From: a virus
Taxonomy: Duplodnaviria > Caudoviricetes
DNA: 64,000 nt
Virus record (IMG/VR): IMGVR_UViG_3300027533_000015
Span: 1-64,000 of that record
Direction: 5' to 3' (one strand)
A program made the translations under genes and the position numbers. Shown piece after piece: positions 24,555-33,882 of the stretch. Under the pieces are notes generated by a model. The model was not told the origin of the DNA. It ran no database searches and was given only the letters and a program-made list of their open reading frames with translations. Positions within the stretch are counted from its first letter, which is position 1, and every line of letters starts with the position of its first letter.

Positions 24555-25745
24555 ATGCCCAGAAGATTAGAGATGGTGATATCACAGAATGGAGCTGCTA
24601 CCGGAAGAAATCAGGGAGCATGCACTTATTATCTTATCCAGACTCCCACTGGTGTACTGTACTATGTCTACATTGATGCTGCTGCGGATATAAGCTTCAA
24701 AAAGTCACTGGATGGAGGATTTACATGGTCAGTTGGTACAGTTGTTTATACAGGTACAGCTTTTAACCTGTCTGTCTGGTATGATAAATGGTCAGGACTG
24801 TCCTCTGGTCTTATTCATTGTTCTTTCGTGGAAACAGTAGGGCATGATTGTCTTTATCGCACTATAGACACTGACTCTTCAGATACTCTCTCAACTACTT
24901 CTACTGTTATCTTTGCAGGAACTTCAGCAGTACTGGCAGGAAGCTTCATGAGCATTACCCGTAGCAGGGGAGGAAATGTATATTGCAGGACTCAGATAGA
25001 TAATGGCACTGAAGGAGGTTTCTTCAGGCTTACTAATGCCAATGTCCCAAATGGTGTATGGGATACCAGAACAATCAATGAAGCTGCTGCAACCACAGAT
25101 ATGATGATTCTTATGCCGGGTTTTGCCACTGATAACAATGACATTATCGGCATATTCTGGGATATCTCGACTAATGAAGTTAGCCGCCAGCTTTATGATG
25201 ACTCAGCTAACACTTGGGCTGAAACTTTAATTTCTGCTTCAATGGCTGATAGTCCTGCATCTGTAGCCTTCTCTAACTTTTCAGCAGTGCCAGACCTTAC
25301 TAATTCCCGTATTATTCTAACAGCATGGAATGGGGTTGACACTCTCAATGCTGACTTACAGGCATGGATAATTACTGAGACAGCTATCACTGCCCTCACT
25401 AATGTTGTCAACAACTCAGTGGATGATCAGGGATTATGTGCTATAACCCTTGACCTTGTCACTAACTACTGGTATGTCTTCTATGCTGGTAAATCTGATG
25501 GCTCTGAGACATGGCCTACATCAATGAATATGTATTATAAGGTTTCAACAGATGCAGGAACAACCTGGGGAGCTGAGACTCTTATGACAAACCAGCTATA
25601 TAATCTTACAGGAATATACACTATTCCAAGATTGTACATTAAGCCTAACCCCATCATACTTTCAATAGATGCAAATGCTGATGAATACAGGATATCAGTG
25701 GACATAACTAAACCAAGAGCAAGATTGCAATTAGGTATTACATAA
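24555..25745 (+). CDS. BNR/Asp-box beta-propeller protein (sialidase-like fold; possible receptor binding)
   Basis: SLDGGFTW and STDAGTTW Asp-boxes. Confidence 0.65.
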   Translation: MPRRLEMVISQNGAATGRNQGACTYYLIQTPTGVLYYVYIDAAADISFKKSLDGGFTWSVGTVVYTGTAFNLSVWYDKWSGLSSGLIHCSFVETVGHDCLYRTIDTDSSDTLSTTSTVIFAGTSAVLAGSFMSITRSRGGNVYCRTQIDNGTEGGFFRLTNANVPNGVWDTRTINEAAATTDMMILMPGFATDNNDIIGIFWDISTNEVSRQLYDDSANTWAETLISASMADSPASVAFSNFSAVPDLTNSRIILTAWNGVDTLNADLQAWIITETAITALTNVVNNSVDDQGLCAITLDLVTNYWYVFYAGKSDGSETWPTSMNMYYKVSTDAGTTWGAETLMTNQLYNLTGIYTIPRLYIKPNPIILSIDANADEYRISVDITKPRARLQLGIT

Positions 25746-25764
25746 CTCCTTAATAATCAAGCAT

Positions 25765-26079
25765 ATGAGTGCGCCTTTTAACCCGCCAAAAAAGAATGAG
25801 GACTTTCAAATAAGAATCTCTCTTGAGGATTATGCCACTGGTGGAGACTTTAAATCCAGTCCTACTATTGCTGCTGGTGATTTCAAAGTCTCCATTGATG
25901 GTGGTGCTCTTACTGATCTTGCTACCCTGCCCACTGTCAGTCCTGCAGCTTCCATATTAGTTCTGCTCACCTTATCTGCCTCTGAAATGAATGGTGATGT
26001 TATAACAGTGGTAGCTATAGACCAGACCTCTCCCAAAGAATGGGCTGATTTTGTTCTTAGCATTCCTACTACAACATAA
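25765..26079 (+). CDS. Small Ig-like virion accessory protein
   Basis: GDFKVSIDGG...LTLSASEMNGD pattern; in cassette. Confidence 0.55.
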   Translation: MSAPFNPPKKNEDFQIRISLEDYATGGDFKSSPTIAAGDFKVSIDGGALTDLATLPTVSPAASILVLLTLSASEMNGDVITVVAIDQTSPKEWADFVLSIPTTT

Positions 26080-26085
26080 TCATAA

Positions 26086-27123
26086 ATGCCAGCAACCTTC
26101 AAGATATTCTTCGGTAATATTCCTCCTGTTGCTGGTGGCACTACTTACAATGAAGACATTACAGAAACCATTGCGCTTACTGATGCTCCTGCTGCCCCTC
26201 TTGGTGGCTCTACATATAATGTATCTGTGTCTGAAGTTCTTTCTCTTGCTGATTCTCCTTCTGCCACTATCATTTTTATCACTGTATCTGTTACTGAAGC
26301 TATGGCTCTTAGTGATACTCCTTCTGTTACCATCACTATTGCCACTGTTTCAATTACTGAAGCCCTCTCCCTGACTGATGCCATTACTCCTACACAGGTG
26401 ATGTCCTCCTCTATCCTTGAAGCTATGGCCCTCATTGATGAGATAGTTGGACTCACTGGAAGTGTACCTGCCATAATAGATGAGACCATGACTCTGGCTG
26501 ATCTCCTCAGCTCATCTCTTATCACTTCAGCCTCAATCACAGAAGCACTTGCTCTGGCAGATGCTCCCTTCAGTTCTCTTATCAGTGACAGAGCTATCAA
26601 TGAAGCTCTCTCCCTCTCAGATGCTCCATCAGCTTCAGGAGCATTCTCAGCCATTATATCAGAGCTGATGGGCCTCACTGATACTATCATTTCCACTAAT
26701 GTTTACTTAGTCAATATCACTGAACCTCTGACTCTCAATGATAACTATCTCTCTTCTTCTGCTTATCTCATGGTGATAGCTGAGACAATGACTCTTGCTA
26801 CTCAGCAAACCAGTAGGATGACTTACTTAGCTCCTCTTGCAGAAGCTCTTACTCTCAGTGATAGTCCTTCTTCTTCTATGTCATTTCTCAGTACTATCAT
26901 TGAAGCTCTTACACTCTCAGATCTGATATCCTCTCAGTCTGCTATCATTGCTTCCATTAATGAAGCCCTCGCCTTAACCACTACCCAATCAGGTACAGGT
27001 TCATACACTATTGTTTTGCTTGAAGCCATGAATCTACAGGATTACTCCAGTCCACCAGCTAAGATGAAATTCTGGAATGGAGTAGCGTGGCAGGACATTG
27101 ATATTTTGGTTGTAAAGACCTAA
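26086..27123 (+). CDS. Repeat-rich fibre-like protein (~20-aa I-x-E-A-L-x-L-x-D repeats)
   Basis: About 14 repeats such as ITEALSLTD, INEALSLSD and IIEALTLSD; C-terminal KMKFWNGVAWQDI. Confidence 0.7.
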   Translation: MPATFKIFFGNIPPVAGGTTYNEDITETIALTDAPAAPLGGSTYNVSVSEVLSLADSPSATIIFITVSVTEAMALSDTPSVTITIATVSITEALSLTDAITPTQVMSSSILEAMALIDEIVGLTGSVPAIIDETMTLADLLSSSLITSASITEALALADAPFSSLISDRAINEALSLSDAPSASGAFSAIISELMGLTDTIISTNVYLVNITEPLTLNDNYLSSSAYLMVIAETMTLATQQTSRMTYLAPLAEALTLSDSPSSSMSFLSTIIEALTLSDLISSQSAIIASINEALALTTTQSGTGSYTIVLLEAMNLQDYSSPPAKMKFWNGVAWQDIDILVVKT

Positions 27124-27136
27124 TGAGCTATCTTTA
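27105..27136 (+). promoter_or_regulatory. Bacteroidota-type promoter
   Basis: TTTG-20 nt-TATCTTTA. Confidence 0.45.
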
Positions 27137-27228
27137 ATATGCACTTGGGTAGTGTGTACCCCAGGTTGTAGAAACTTTTGCATATTTTTTTTGTTTTTTG
27201 TATTACGGCTTTGTCTTTGATTGAGATG

Positions 27229-27259
27229 AAAACCCTATTATTCCTAATAGGGTTTTTTT
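27229..27259 (+). terminator. Intrinsic terminator (possibly bidirectional)
   Basis: AAAACCCTATTA-TTCC-TAATAGGGTTTTTTT. Confidence 0.8.
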
Positions 27260-27327
27260 ACGGTACATAAATTGATTCTTTACAGTACCATCCTTTTCAC
27301 TTAAGAACGTCATCAAATGAAACTAAC

Positions 27328-27507
27328 ATGAGTATAATCCTATTGTTTCTGATTGTGGTATTATTCGCTGTTTTGTTCTGGGCCAATAATACTTATGTAA
27401 CCCCCGGAATCCCAAGAATAGCAATCAATATCCTGTTGATCATTATAGGGATATTATACCTGCTTCATATCATGGGAGTGAATACAGGGGTAAACTTCAA
27501 GACTTAG
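27328..27507 (+). CDS. Small 2-TM membrane protein, 59 aa
   Basis: Translated by hand: MSIILLFLIVVLFAVLFWANNTYVTPGIPRIAINILLIIIGILYLLHIMGVNTGVNFKT. Confidence 0.65.
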   Translation: MSIILLFLIVVLFAVLFWANNTYVTPGIPRIAINILLIIIGILYLLHIMGVNTGVNFKT

Positions 27508-27605
27508 GTATAGTAACTTTTTCTTTTGTACCCATCTCCTAATAATCCCTGATAAAGAGTCATTATCAGGGATTCCTATTATAAATCTGACAATACATAA
27601 ATTTA

Positions 27606-27636
27606 TTTGGAAATTACATTTTAGTATGTAATTTTG
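27606..27636 (+). promoter_or_regulatory. Consensus Bacteroidota sigma-A promoter heading the late operon
   Basis: TTTG (27606)-19 nt-TAATTTTG (27629). Confidence 0.65.
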
Positions 27637-27806
27637 CATCAGACTTAAGTAAGATTTTTACATACTAAAATTAAAACTATGAGTATGTTTAAGTTGGATG
27701 AGGTGAGTTTCAGCACTTAGCAATGAGACTAAGCAAAGAAGTTACAAGTGCTTAGTGCTGATATTCCCCAAACTCTTCCCCTCTCGACATTAAAGTAACA
27801 CACATT

Positions 27807-28028
27807 ATGCCTATTGAGACAGAACTTACAGGGGAGCAAGCAGTAGAAATAACCAATAGGATTGGAATTAGCAGGATGGTCTTCGATAACCAGTCCTGCT
27901 TTTGTTTTCTAAAGGATGGATCAGCTATTGAATTCACCATTGACCTTGACCTGTCCTTATCCAAACATGAATTCAGATTTTTTCATAAGGTCTTCTTACC
28001 ATTAGACAATAAGCCAGTAATGCCATGA
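27807..28028 (+). CDS. Hypothetical protein
   Basis: First ORF after the promoter and structured leader. Confidence 0.5.
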   Translation: MPIETELTGEQAVEITNRIGISRMVFDNQSCFCFLKDGSAIEFTIDLDLSLSKHEFRFFHKVFLPLDNKPVMP

Positions 28029-28309
28029 TGCCAAAAGGATTGAATATTCCCATCTTCCATGATAATGAGATTACTATGTCCATGACTGCCAACCATGAGG
28101 GATACTCTTTACAGATGTGTGATGTCAGGGAGCTGATGTTCTACCAGATAGATGCAGTGGGAATATTCGTTGACATCAATGATGGGAACAGGGACTATGG
28201 AGAGATATACAGCAGTGGTAAGAAGTTCATCAGTATTATGCCACAGCACCAGCTAATCAACAGGATAGAGAAACATCTCAAGGCACTCATTCCCCTCACC
28301 TTATCCTAG
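28025..28309 (+). CDS. Hypothetical protein
   Basis: ORF coupled to its neighbour. Confidence 0.6.
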   Translation: MMPKGLNIPIFHDNEITMSMTANHEGYSLQMCDVRELMFYQIDAVGIFVDINDGNRDYGEIYSSGKKFISIMPQHQLINRIEKHLKALIPLTLS

Positions 28310-28327
28310 ACCAATCATATACTACCA

Positions 28328-28717
28328 ATGGATCAATACATTAGAAAAACATTAAGACTCTCTACTGATAAATACTATGAGATTCATCTCAATCTCATTA
28401 ATTGTATTCTCCCCATTAAGATGACTCCAAGGGAGATAGAGGTCATTGCTGCTTTTATGGCTCTGGAAGGAGACATAGCCACTTACAGGTTTGGGCCTTC
28501 AGCCAGGAAAATTGTAATGGCTAAACTTCATCTTTCTCCGGCAGGATTATCTAACTTTATGAAGTTCTTATTTGACAAAGGAGTGTTGGAAAGGCAAGGG
28601 GATATGATAAAAATATACCCCTTGCTTATTCCTAATGTAGATGAACAGAAATATCTGTTTAAATTAGTGAATCTCAGTACTATCACTGTCTCACAAAACA
28701 ATAATAACCATGAGTAA
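28328..28717 (+). CDS. Winged-helix DNA-binding protein
   Basis: MTPREIEVIA...ARKIVMAKLHLSPAGLSNFMKFLFDKGVL. Confidence 0.6.
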   Translation: MDQYIRKTLRLSTDKYYEIHLNLINCILPIKMTPREIEVIAAFMALEGDIATYRFGPSARKIVMAKLHLSPAGLSNFMKFLFDKGVLERQGDMIKIYPLLIPNVDEQKYLFKLVNLSTITVSQNNNNHE

Positions 28718-28946
28718 GACACAACTGAATAATGTCCAGAATAATCCTATAGACCCCATCATGAAAAGGCCCATGAAGCCTCATGAATACTATAACCTGC
28801 ATGTAAGACAGGAAGGACAACCAGTTATCACTGAAGCTGAATTTAATGCCGGCCTCCATAAAGAGGCTGCTTTTGTTGAGGGATTGGATAAGATAGAAGC
28901 TGATTTCAATAAGGCTATGGAAATCCTCACTAAAAAATACAGGTAA
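28710..28946 (+). CDS. Hypothetical protein
   Basis: ORF coupled to its neighbour. Confidence 0.55.
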   Translation: MSKTQLNNVQNNPIDPIMKRPMKPHEYYNLHVRQEGQPVITEAEFNAGLHKEAAFVEGLDKIEADFNKAMEILTKKYR

Positions 28947-28947
28947 T

Positions 28948-29310
28948 ATGCCCATCTTAACACAGGATCAGGCTATTGAACAGTACTATGAATCAGTAAA
29001 AGACCAGTACCCTGACATAGACTTCCAGACCTTCTCAACTATGTGCAGGACTCCTTCTGAGTTTATCAAGCACTGCATAAGACAGGATAATATTCCTATC
29101 ATTCATGTCAAGTACCTTGGTAAGATAAGGACTTACAGGACAAGGCTTAAAAAGATCATGGGCATATACACAAAAAGGTTATCACTCAATAAGGATACTC
29201 CGGAAATAAGACAGGCTTACATAGATACTATTGATTATTTACGCAGGTACATGAAACACCTTGATGAGTATGACAAAAAAGAGATTAACGAAGAGCAGGA
29301 ATCTGGTTGA
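28948..29310 (+). CDS. Putative HU/IHF-like protein
   Basis: Helix-helix then IIHVKYLGKI strand-turn pattern; position upstream of terminase. Confidence 0.45.
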   Translation: MPILTQDQAIEQYYESVKDQYPDIDFQTFSTMCRTPSEFIKHCIRQDNIPIIHVKYLGKIRTYRTRLKKIMGIYTKRLSLNKDTPEIRQAYIDTIDYLRRYMKHLDEYDKKEINEEQESG

Positions 29311-29680
29311 CATCTGGCATTACTTCCTTGGTTACTATAGATACTGGATATTCTATAATAATAAACTCAGGTGGATGATGAGAAATCACATCCATGAGCA
29401 GATACAGTACAGGATAAGATGGATGGATGTTGATTGCTATTCTGAAGGTTCCTGTAAGTTATGTGGCTGTGCTACCACAGCTTTACAGATGGCAAACAAA
29501 TCCTGTGACAAACCCTGCTATCCTCCTATGATGAATGCTGACCAGTGGAGAAGATTCAGTGTCAATCAGTCAGTGGTGTGCATCAATGAACAGTGTTGGG
29601 AGCAGGAATATCAGCAGTTTGGAAAACCTAAATTATTAAACGATAAATCTAAGGTGCATGTTACTGAGAAATTCTATTGA
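29261..29680 (+). CDS. Cys-rich putative zinc-binding protein
   Basis: CYSEGSCKLCGC...CDKPCYPPMM. Confidence 0.6.
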   Translation: MMSMTKKRLTKSRNLVDIWHYFLGYYRYWIFYNNKLRWMMRNHIHEQIQYRIRWMDVDCYSEGSCKLCGCATTALQMANKSCDKPCYPPMMNADQWRRFSVNQSVVCINEQCWEQEYQQFGKPKLLNDKSKVHVTEKFY

Positions 29681-29960
29681 TCTTGGCCATGTAAGAGCAG
29701 GGCAGACTATCCATGTGAAATTTCCCTATGACTACATGGGTGAAATCCTTGATGTAAAGAGCACCTGTGATTGTGCCACTGTTTACAATGATACAGCCAG
29801 TCATGAAATTGTTATCACTTACAAGCCCAACTCTGTACCCAAGCAACTCATTGTACAAGGATGGTACAAAGCCAATAAGACTGTCACTATCCAGTACACT
29901 TCTCAGGATGGAACAACAGTGACAGAGGAACTGAAGTTCACAGCAAGGGTAGGAAGATAA
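29658..29960 (+). CDS. DUF1573-like Ig-fold protein
   Basis: IDLGHV...VKSTCDCAT...ITYKP...KTVTI. Confidence 0.6.
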   Translation: MLLRNSIDLGHVRAGQTIHVKFPYDYMGEILDVKSTCDCATVYNDTASHEIVITYKPNSVPKQLIVQGWYKANKTVTIQYTSQDGTTVTEELKFTARVGR

Positions 29961-29970
29961 ACATATACAC

Positions 29971-30522
29971 ATGAAAATACTCAGGATCATTAAGTCTTTG
30001 TTCAGGGCAGCAGCTCCCATTAACACCCTCACTACCACTACCAAGGAACCTGAGCTGGAAACACTGCAGGCCAAAGTAATGGAGACCAACTTCTTCATCA
30101 GGAAGAACAACTTAGTGGAGGAGTTTGCTTACATTCCTACTCCTGTCTACTCTGCTAACTTTGAGAACCCACAGATCATAGGATGGTTACAGGCTGATGG
30201 AAGCATTATTAATAACCAGCCCTTACTTGGTTCACTTATAAAAGAGGAGTACAAGGGATATATGCTTATGGCTGATACAATCAGTGAGATGAAAATGCAG
30301 AAGCTCTATATTGATTATGGTGATACAGATGGTCTTCTCACTATTGAAAAGTATCATGAAGAACAGAAGTTCAAGGAAGCCACTCATGAAGAGTTATTGG
30401 CAGATGATGTGGATTTGCTTGAGAATAAGATGCTGCCACCAGCCCAACCTAACACTACTGTACCTTATACAGATGGATTAGATAACACAATTAAACAGAC
30501 TACAGGATGCTTTGGGAAATAG
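29971..30522 (+). CDS. Hypothetical protein
   Basis: ORF track; in operon. Confidence 0.55.
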   Translation: MKILRIIKSLFRAAAPINTLTTTTKEPELETLQAKVMETNFFIRKNNLVEEFAYIPTPVYSANFENPQIIGWLQADGSIINNQPLLGSLIKEEYKGYMLMADTISEMKMQKLYIDYGDTDGLLTIEKYHEEQKFKEATHEELLADDVDLLENKMLPPAQPNTTVPYTDGLDNTIKQTTGCFGK

Positions 30523-31055
30523 TTAATGGAGTGCTCATAGTCAGTGAACATGCACTGATGATAGAACCCTTCTCTTCCATTTGGGAAGCTGATAAGAGTG
30601 AAGGTCATTCAAGGGCAAGGCAGTTATTCAAATATGTGGAACTGGTATGCTCACCTAAGAAATCCAATCCCTACTTTGGATACAGTGAGGAAGACAGGCC
30701 AGCTAAAGTAAAGAAGGAGGTTTATAAAGATGAACACTATCCTGACACTGACTTCATGATCCAGTGCATTGATAAGTACAAGGAGTTGCTGGATGACTAC
30801 TCTCCTTCCTATGGTCTGCTCACCTCCGGCTTAGTGGCCTCTGAGAAATTGAAGAACTATTTTAATACCTTTAACTTTAGTGAGAGAACAAGGACAGGAA
30901 TGATGATCATCAAGCCTAAAGAAGTGGCAGCAGCTCTGAAAGAACTGCCTGATGTGGCTAAAGGAGTGGAAATAGCAAGAAGCAAGGTCAACTTTGAACT
31001 GGTAGAAGAGTCAAGGACTCGTAACTCAAGAAAGATAGGTCAGTATGAGAGATAA
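30507..31055 (+). CDS. Helical protein, candidate terminase small subunit
   Basis: IWEADKSE.....F.YV...SP..SNPY.GY pattern; position upstream of TerL. Confidence 0.5.
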   Translation: MLWEIVNGVLIVSEHALMIEPFSSIWEADKSEGHSRARQLFKYVELVCSPKKSNPYFGYSEEDRPAKVKKEVYKDEHYPDTDFMIQCIDKYKELLDDYSPSYGLLTSGLVASEKLKNYFNTFNFSERTRTGMMIIKPKEVAAALKELPDVAKGVEIARSKVNFELVEESRTRNSRKIGQYER

Positions 31056-31066
31056 TCACCTAACAT

Positions 31067-31141
31067 GTCCAGTTGGCTGAGGGGCTAAAGCACAGGTCTG
31101 CAAAACCTGGGACACTGGTTCAAATCCAGTACTGGACTCCA
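31067..31141 (+). tRNA. trnC: tRNA-Cys (GCA)
   Basis: GTCCAGT/ACTGGAC acceptor stem, D arm GCT/AGC, CAGGT-CTGCAAA-ACCTG, ACTGG-TTCAAAT-CCAGT, U73 discriminator, encoded CCA. Confidence 0.95.
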
Positions 31142-31158
31142 ACCTAAAAACATATACT

Positions 31159-31563
31159 ATGTCACACACAGAAGAATTAACAGATGAAGGCAGGCAAATG
31201 TGGGAGAACATTGCCAATTATGAAAAGTTGATAAGCAGTAAGTATGTCACTCCAACTGAGAAGAAGGTAAGGACAAAACTAAACATCTTTGAAATTCAAC
31301 TTCTCTTCATGAGGGATGAGATCAGGAGGATGATCATTAACTCAACAAGAGTGGTAAGGGACTGTGATGATATCATCAGCACCTACACCTCAAAGGAAGA
31401 GTACATAAGCAGTGATGCTAAAGTAGCAAAACAGATCCACCTCAATCTCATAGTAAGGCTTAACAGGCTGCTTGAGTATGAGAGTGTCTTTGATGAACAT
31501 ATTGAATTGACACCAGACAGGGAGATTAATACTTTATTTTATGACAGCTTTAAAAACAGGTAG
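31159..31563 (+). CDS. Hypothetical protein
   Basis: Between the tRNA and TerL. Confidence 0.6.
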   Translation: MSHTEELTDEGRQMWENIANYEKLISSKYVTPTEKKVRTKLNIFEIQLLFMRDEIRRMIINSTRVVRDCDDIISTYTSKEEYISSDAKVAKQIHLNLIVRLNRLLEYESVFDEHIELTPDREINTLFYDSFKNR

Positions 31564-31566
31564 CCA

Positions 31567-33882
31567 GTGAGCACAAGGTTTATAACCAATCAGGTCAGGA
31601 ATGAACAGGGAGTATGGTTAAACACACAGGTATTCAGGGAGGAGGCCATTGGCTTCAGGAAGAATGGATACTATTGTACTGACCCTGAAGGCTCACACCA
31701 GTACACAGAGTACTGGGATACTATGCTGGACAGGTGCATCAATGGATACAGTAGTGGTGGGGTGAAGATAACACAACACCACTATTTTTATTTGAACTTC
31801 ACACAGATCAAGATAGCAGAGGAGAAGGGAGGTAAGATAGCAATCAAGGAAGTGAAAGCTCCTGATTTCTGGGATGGGGACTTTGCATTTTTCTGGGCCA
31901 TTGAGATAGCAAAAAATGGCCTGTTCACTGATGAGGCTTTAGCTCCTTCCACTAAGGAACAGAGAGCTGAGTACTGGAGACTTGAAGCTGAGAGGGTGAG
32001 AATTAGTAATGCTCTTGAAATAAATGATACAACCAATTTCCAGTATGTTGACCCTGATGGTGTACTTAAAAAGAACTCTGATCTCAGAACTATCCTTGAG
32101 GAGAAAGTTCTTAAAAGTCTTGCTCTTCCTTTTACCATTGAAGTTGATTGGAGGGATGGAGGACATCACATTATCATTGGTAAATCCCGTAGAAAAGGTT
32201 ACTCCTATAAAAACGGAGCTATCTGTGCCAATGTCTACAACACTATTCGCAAGTCTCAGACTATCATTGGGGCTTTTGACAAAAAATACCTGTACCCTGC
32301 TGGTACAATGGGTATGGCTTCTGAATATCTATCCTTCCTCAATGACAAAACAGCTTGGGGAAAGGCAAGGGAATATGTTGATAAGGCAGAACATAAGAGG
32401 GCCTCCTTCAGGGAAATGAATGCACAGGGTATGCCAGTGGAAGCAGGCTATATGTCAGAGATAATGGCAATAACATTTGCAGATAATCCTGAAGCAGCCA
32501 GAGGTAAAGACCCCAAGGTAGTTCTGTTTGAAGAGTCAGGAGCTTTCCCTAATCTTAAGGAGAGCTTCAGGAAAACCTCACCAAGCCTGTCAGCAGGTAA
32601 ATACATTACAGGACAGATCATCATCTTTGGTACAGGTGGTGATATGGAATCAGGCACAGCAGACTATGCAGATATGTTCTATCATCCCAAGGAAGATAAC
32701 CTCATGCCATTTGTCAATGTATGGGATGAGGATGCAGAGAATTCCTGTTGTGGCTTCTTCCATCCTGTTACATGGAACATGGAAGGCTACTATGATGAAC
32801 AGGGAAACAGTGATATCATAGGAGCAACCAAGGAAGAGAAAACAGTAAGGGCAAAGATCATTGCCAATGCATCTGACTCTGGCTCTATCCAGCAAAGAGT
32901 ACAGGAGCATCCTTTCAATCCAATGGAGGCATTCTTAATGGTCTCCATGAATGACTTCCCTGTAATTGAACTGCGTAATCAATATAACAGGGTGATGAGA
33001 GAGAACCTGCATCTCAAATATGGGCAGGCATGCTTTCTTGAAAGAAGGGAAGTCAATCAACCAGATACCTATACAGATGATGGACATAAAATCCCCGGTA
33101 AGAAATACATCATCAAGGCAACACCTGATCTGGATGGATACCTGCAGCCACTCTGGGATTACAAACCAAAGACCAAAGACCTTAAAGGCTCTGTTGTCAT
33201 CTATGAATACCCAATTCCCAATGCTCCCAGAGGCTTATATAAGATGGGCTTTGACCCCTATAGGCAAGATCAGTCAACCTCTGTTCTCCCCTCACTTGGC
33301 AGCATCTATGTTTACAAAGCAAATCATAAGTTCAGTTATAGCTCCAACAGGATAGTAGCACAGTACATAGGCAGACCTTATGATCCTGATGATGTGAACA
33401 GGATATGTGAAATGTTAGCAGAGCTTTATGGAGCAGAGATCATGCATGAGAATGAGGTCACTCATGTTAAAAAATACTTTGAACGTAGAAAAAAGTTACA
33501 TTTGCTTGCTGCTCAGCCTGATGGTGTTATCTCTAAAGCTATCAACAATTCCAAGGTAGCAAGAGTCTATGGTGTTCACATGGCAGAGAAACTCAAAGAT
33601 GCAGGAGAGAAATACATTAAGCAGTGGTTATTAGATATACGTGATTATGATGAGAATGGTTATGCAGTTCTTAACCTTGAAACTATTTATGATCCTGCAT
33701 TGCTTGAAGAGTTGATCTTCTACAACAGACAAGGTAACTTTGATAGGGTGATGTCCTTCATGATGGTCATGTTCCAGATAGCAGAAGAAGAAGAGAACAA
33801 GGTACATGGTGAGAATAATGGCTCATCCAATGCTCATGACTTACTTGAAATGATGAAGAAACAATTTAAACATTCAGCCTGA
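31567..33882 (+). CDS. terL: Terminase large subunit (crAss type)
   Basis: HYFYLNF, KSRRKGYSY Walker A, LFEESG Walker B, FGTGGD, nuclease GFDPY and NFDRV. Confidence 0.95.
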   Translation: MSTRFITNQVRNEQGVWLNTQVFREEAIGFRKNGYYCTDPEGSHQYTEYWDTMLDRCINGYSSGGVKITQHHYFYLNFTQIKIAEEKGGKIAIKEVKAPDFWDGDFAFFWAIEIAKNGLFTDEALAPSTKEQRAEYWRLEAERVRISNALEINDTTNFQYVDPDGVLKKNSDLRTILEEKVLKSLALPFTIEVDWRDGGHHIIIGKSRRKGYSYKNGAICANVYNTIRKSQTIIGAFDKKYLYPAGTMGMASEYLSFLNDKTAWGKAREYVDKAEHKRASFREMNAQGMPVEAGYMSEIMAITFADNPEAARGKDPKVVLFEESGAFPNLKESFRKTSPSLSAGKYITGQIIIFGTGGDMESGTADYADMFYHPKEDNLMPFVNVWDEDAENSCCGFFHPVTWNMEGYYDEQGNSDIIGATKEEKTVRAKIIANASDSGSIQQRVQEHPFNPMEAFLMVSMNDFPVIELRNQYNRVMRENLHLKYGQACFLERREVNQPDTYTDDGHKIPGKKYIIKATPDLDGYLQPLWDYKPKTKDLKGSVVIYEYPIPNAPRGLYKMGFDPYRQDQSTSVLPSLGSIYVYKANHKFSYSSNRIVAQYIGRPYDPDDVNRICEMLAELYGAEIMHENEVTHVKKYFERRKKLHLLAAQPDGVISKAINNSKVARVYGVHMAEKLKDAGEKYIKQWLLDIRDYDENGYAVLNLETIYDPALLEELIFYNRQGNFDRVMSFMMVMFQIAEEEENKVHGENNGSSNAHDLLEMMKKQFKHSA

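Noticed and set aside
31142-31200. Theta (HDV-like) ribozyme after tRNA-Cys
   Set aside because: Only 17 A-rich nt separate the CCA from the next ATG, leaving no room for that fold.
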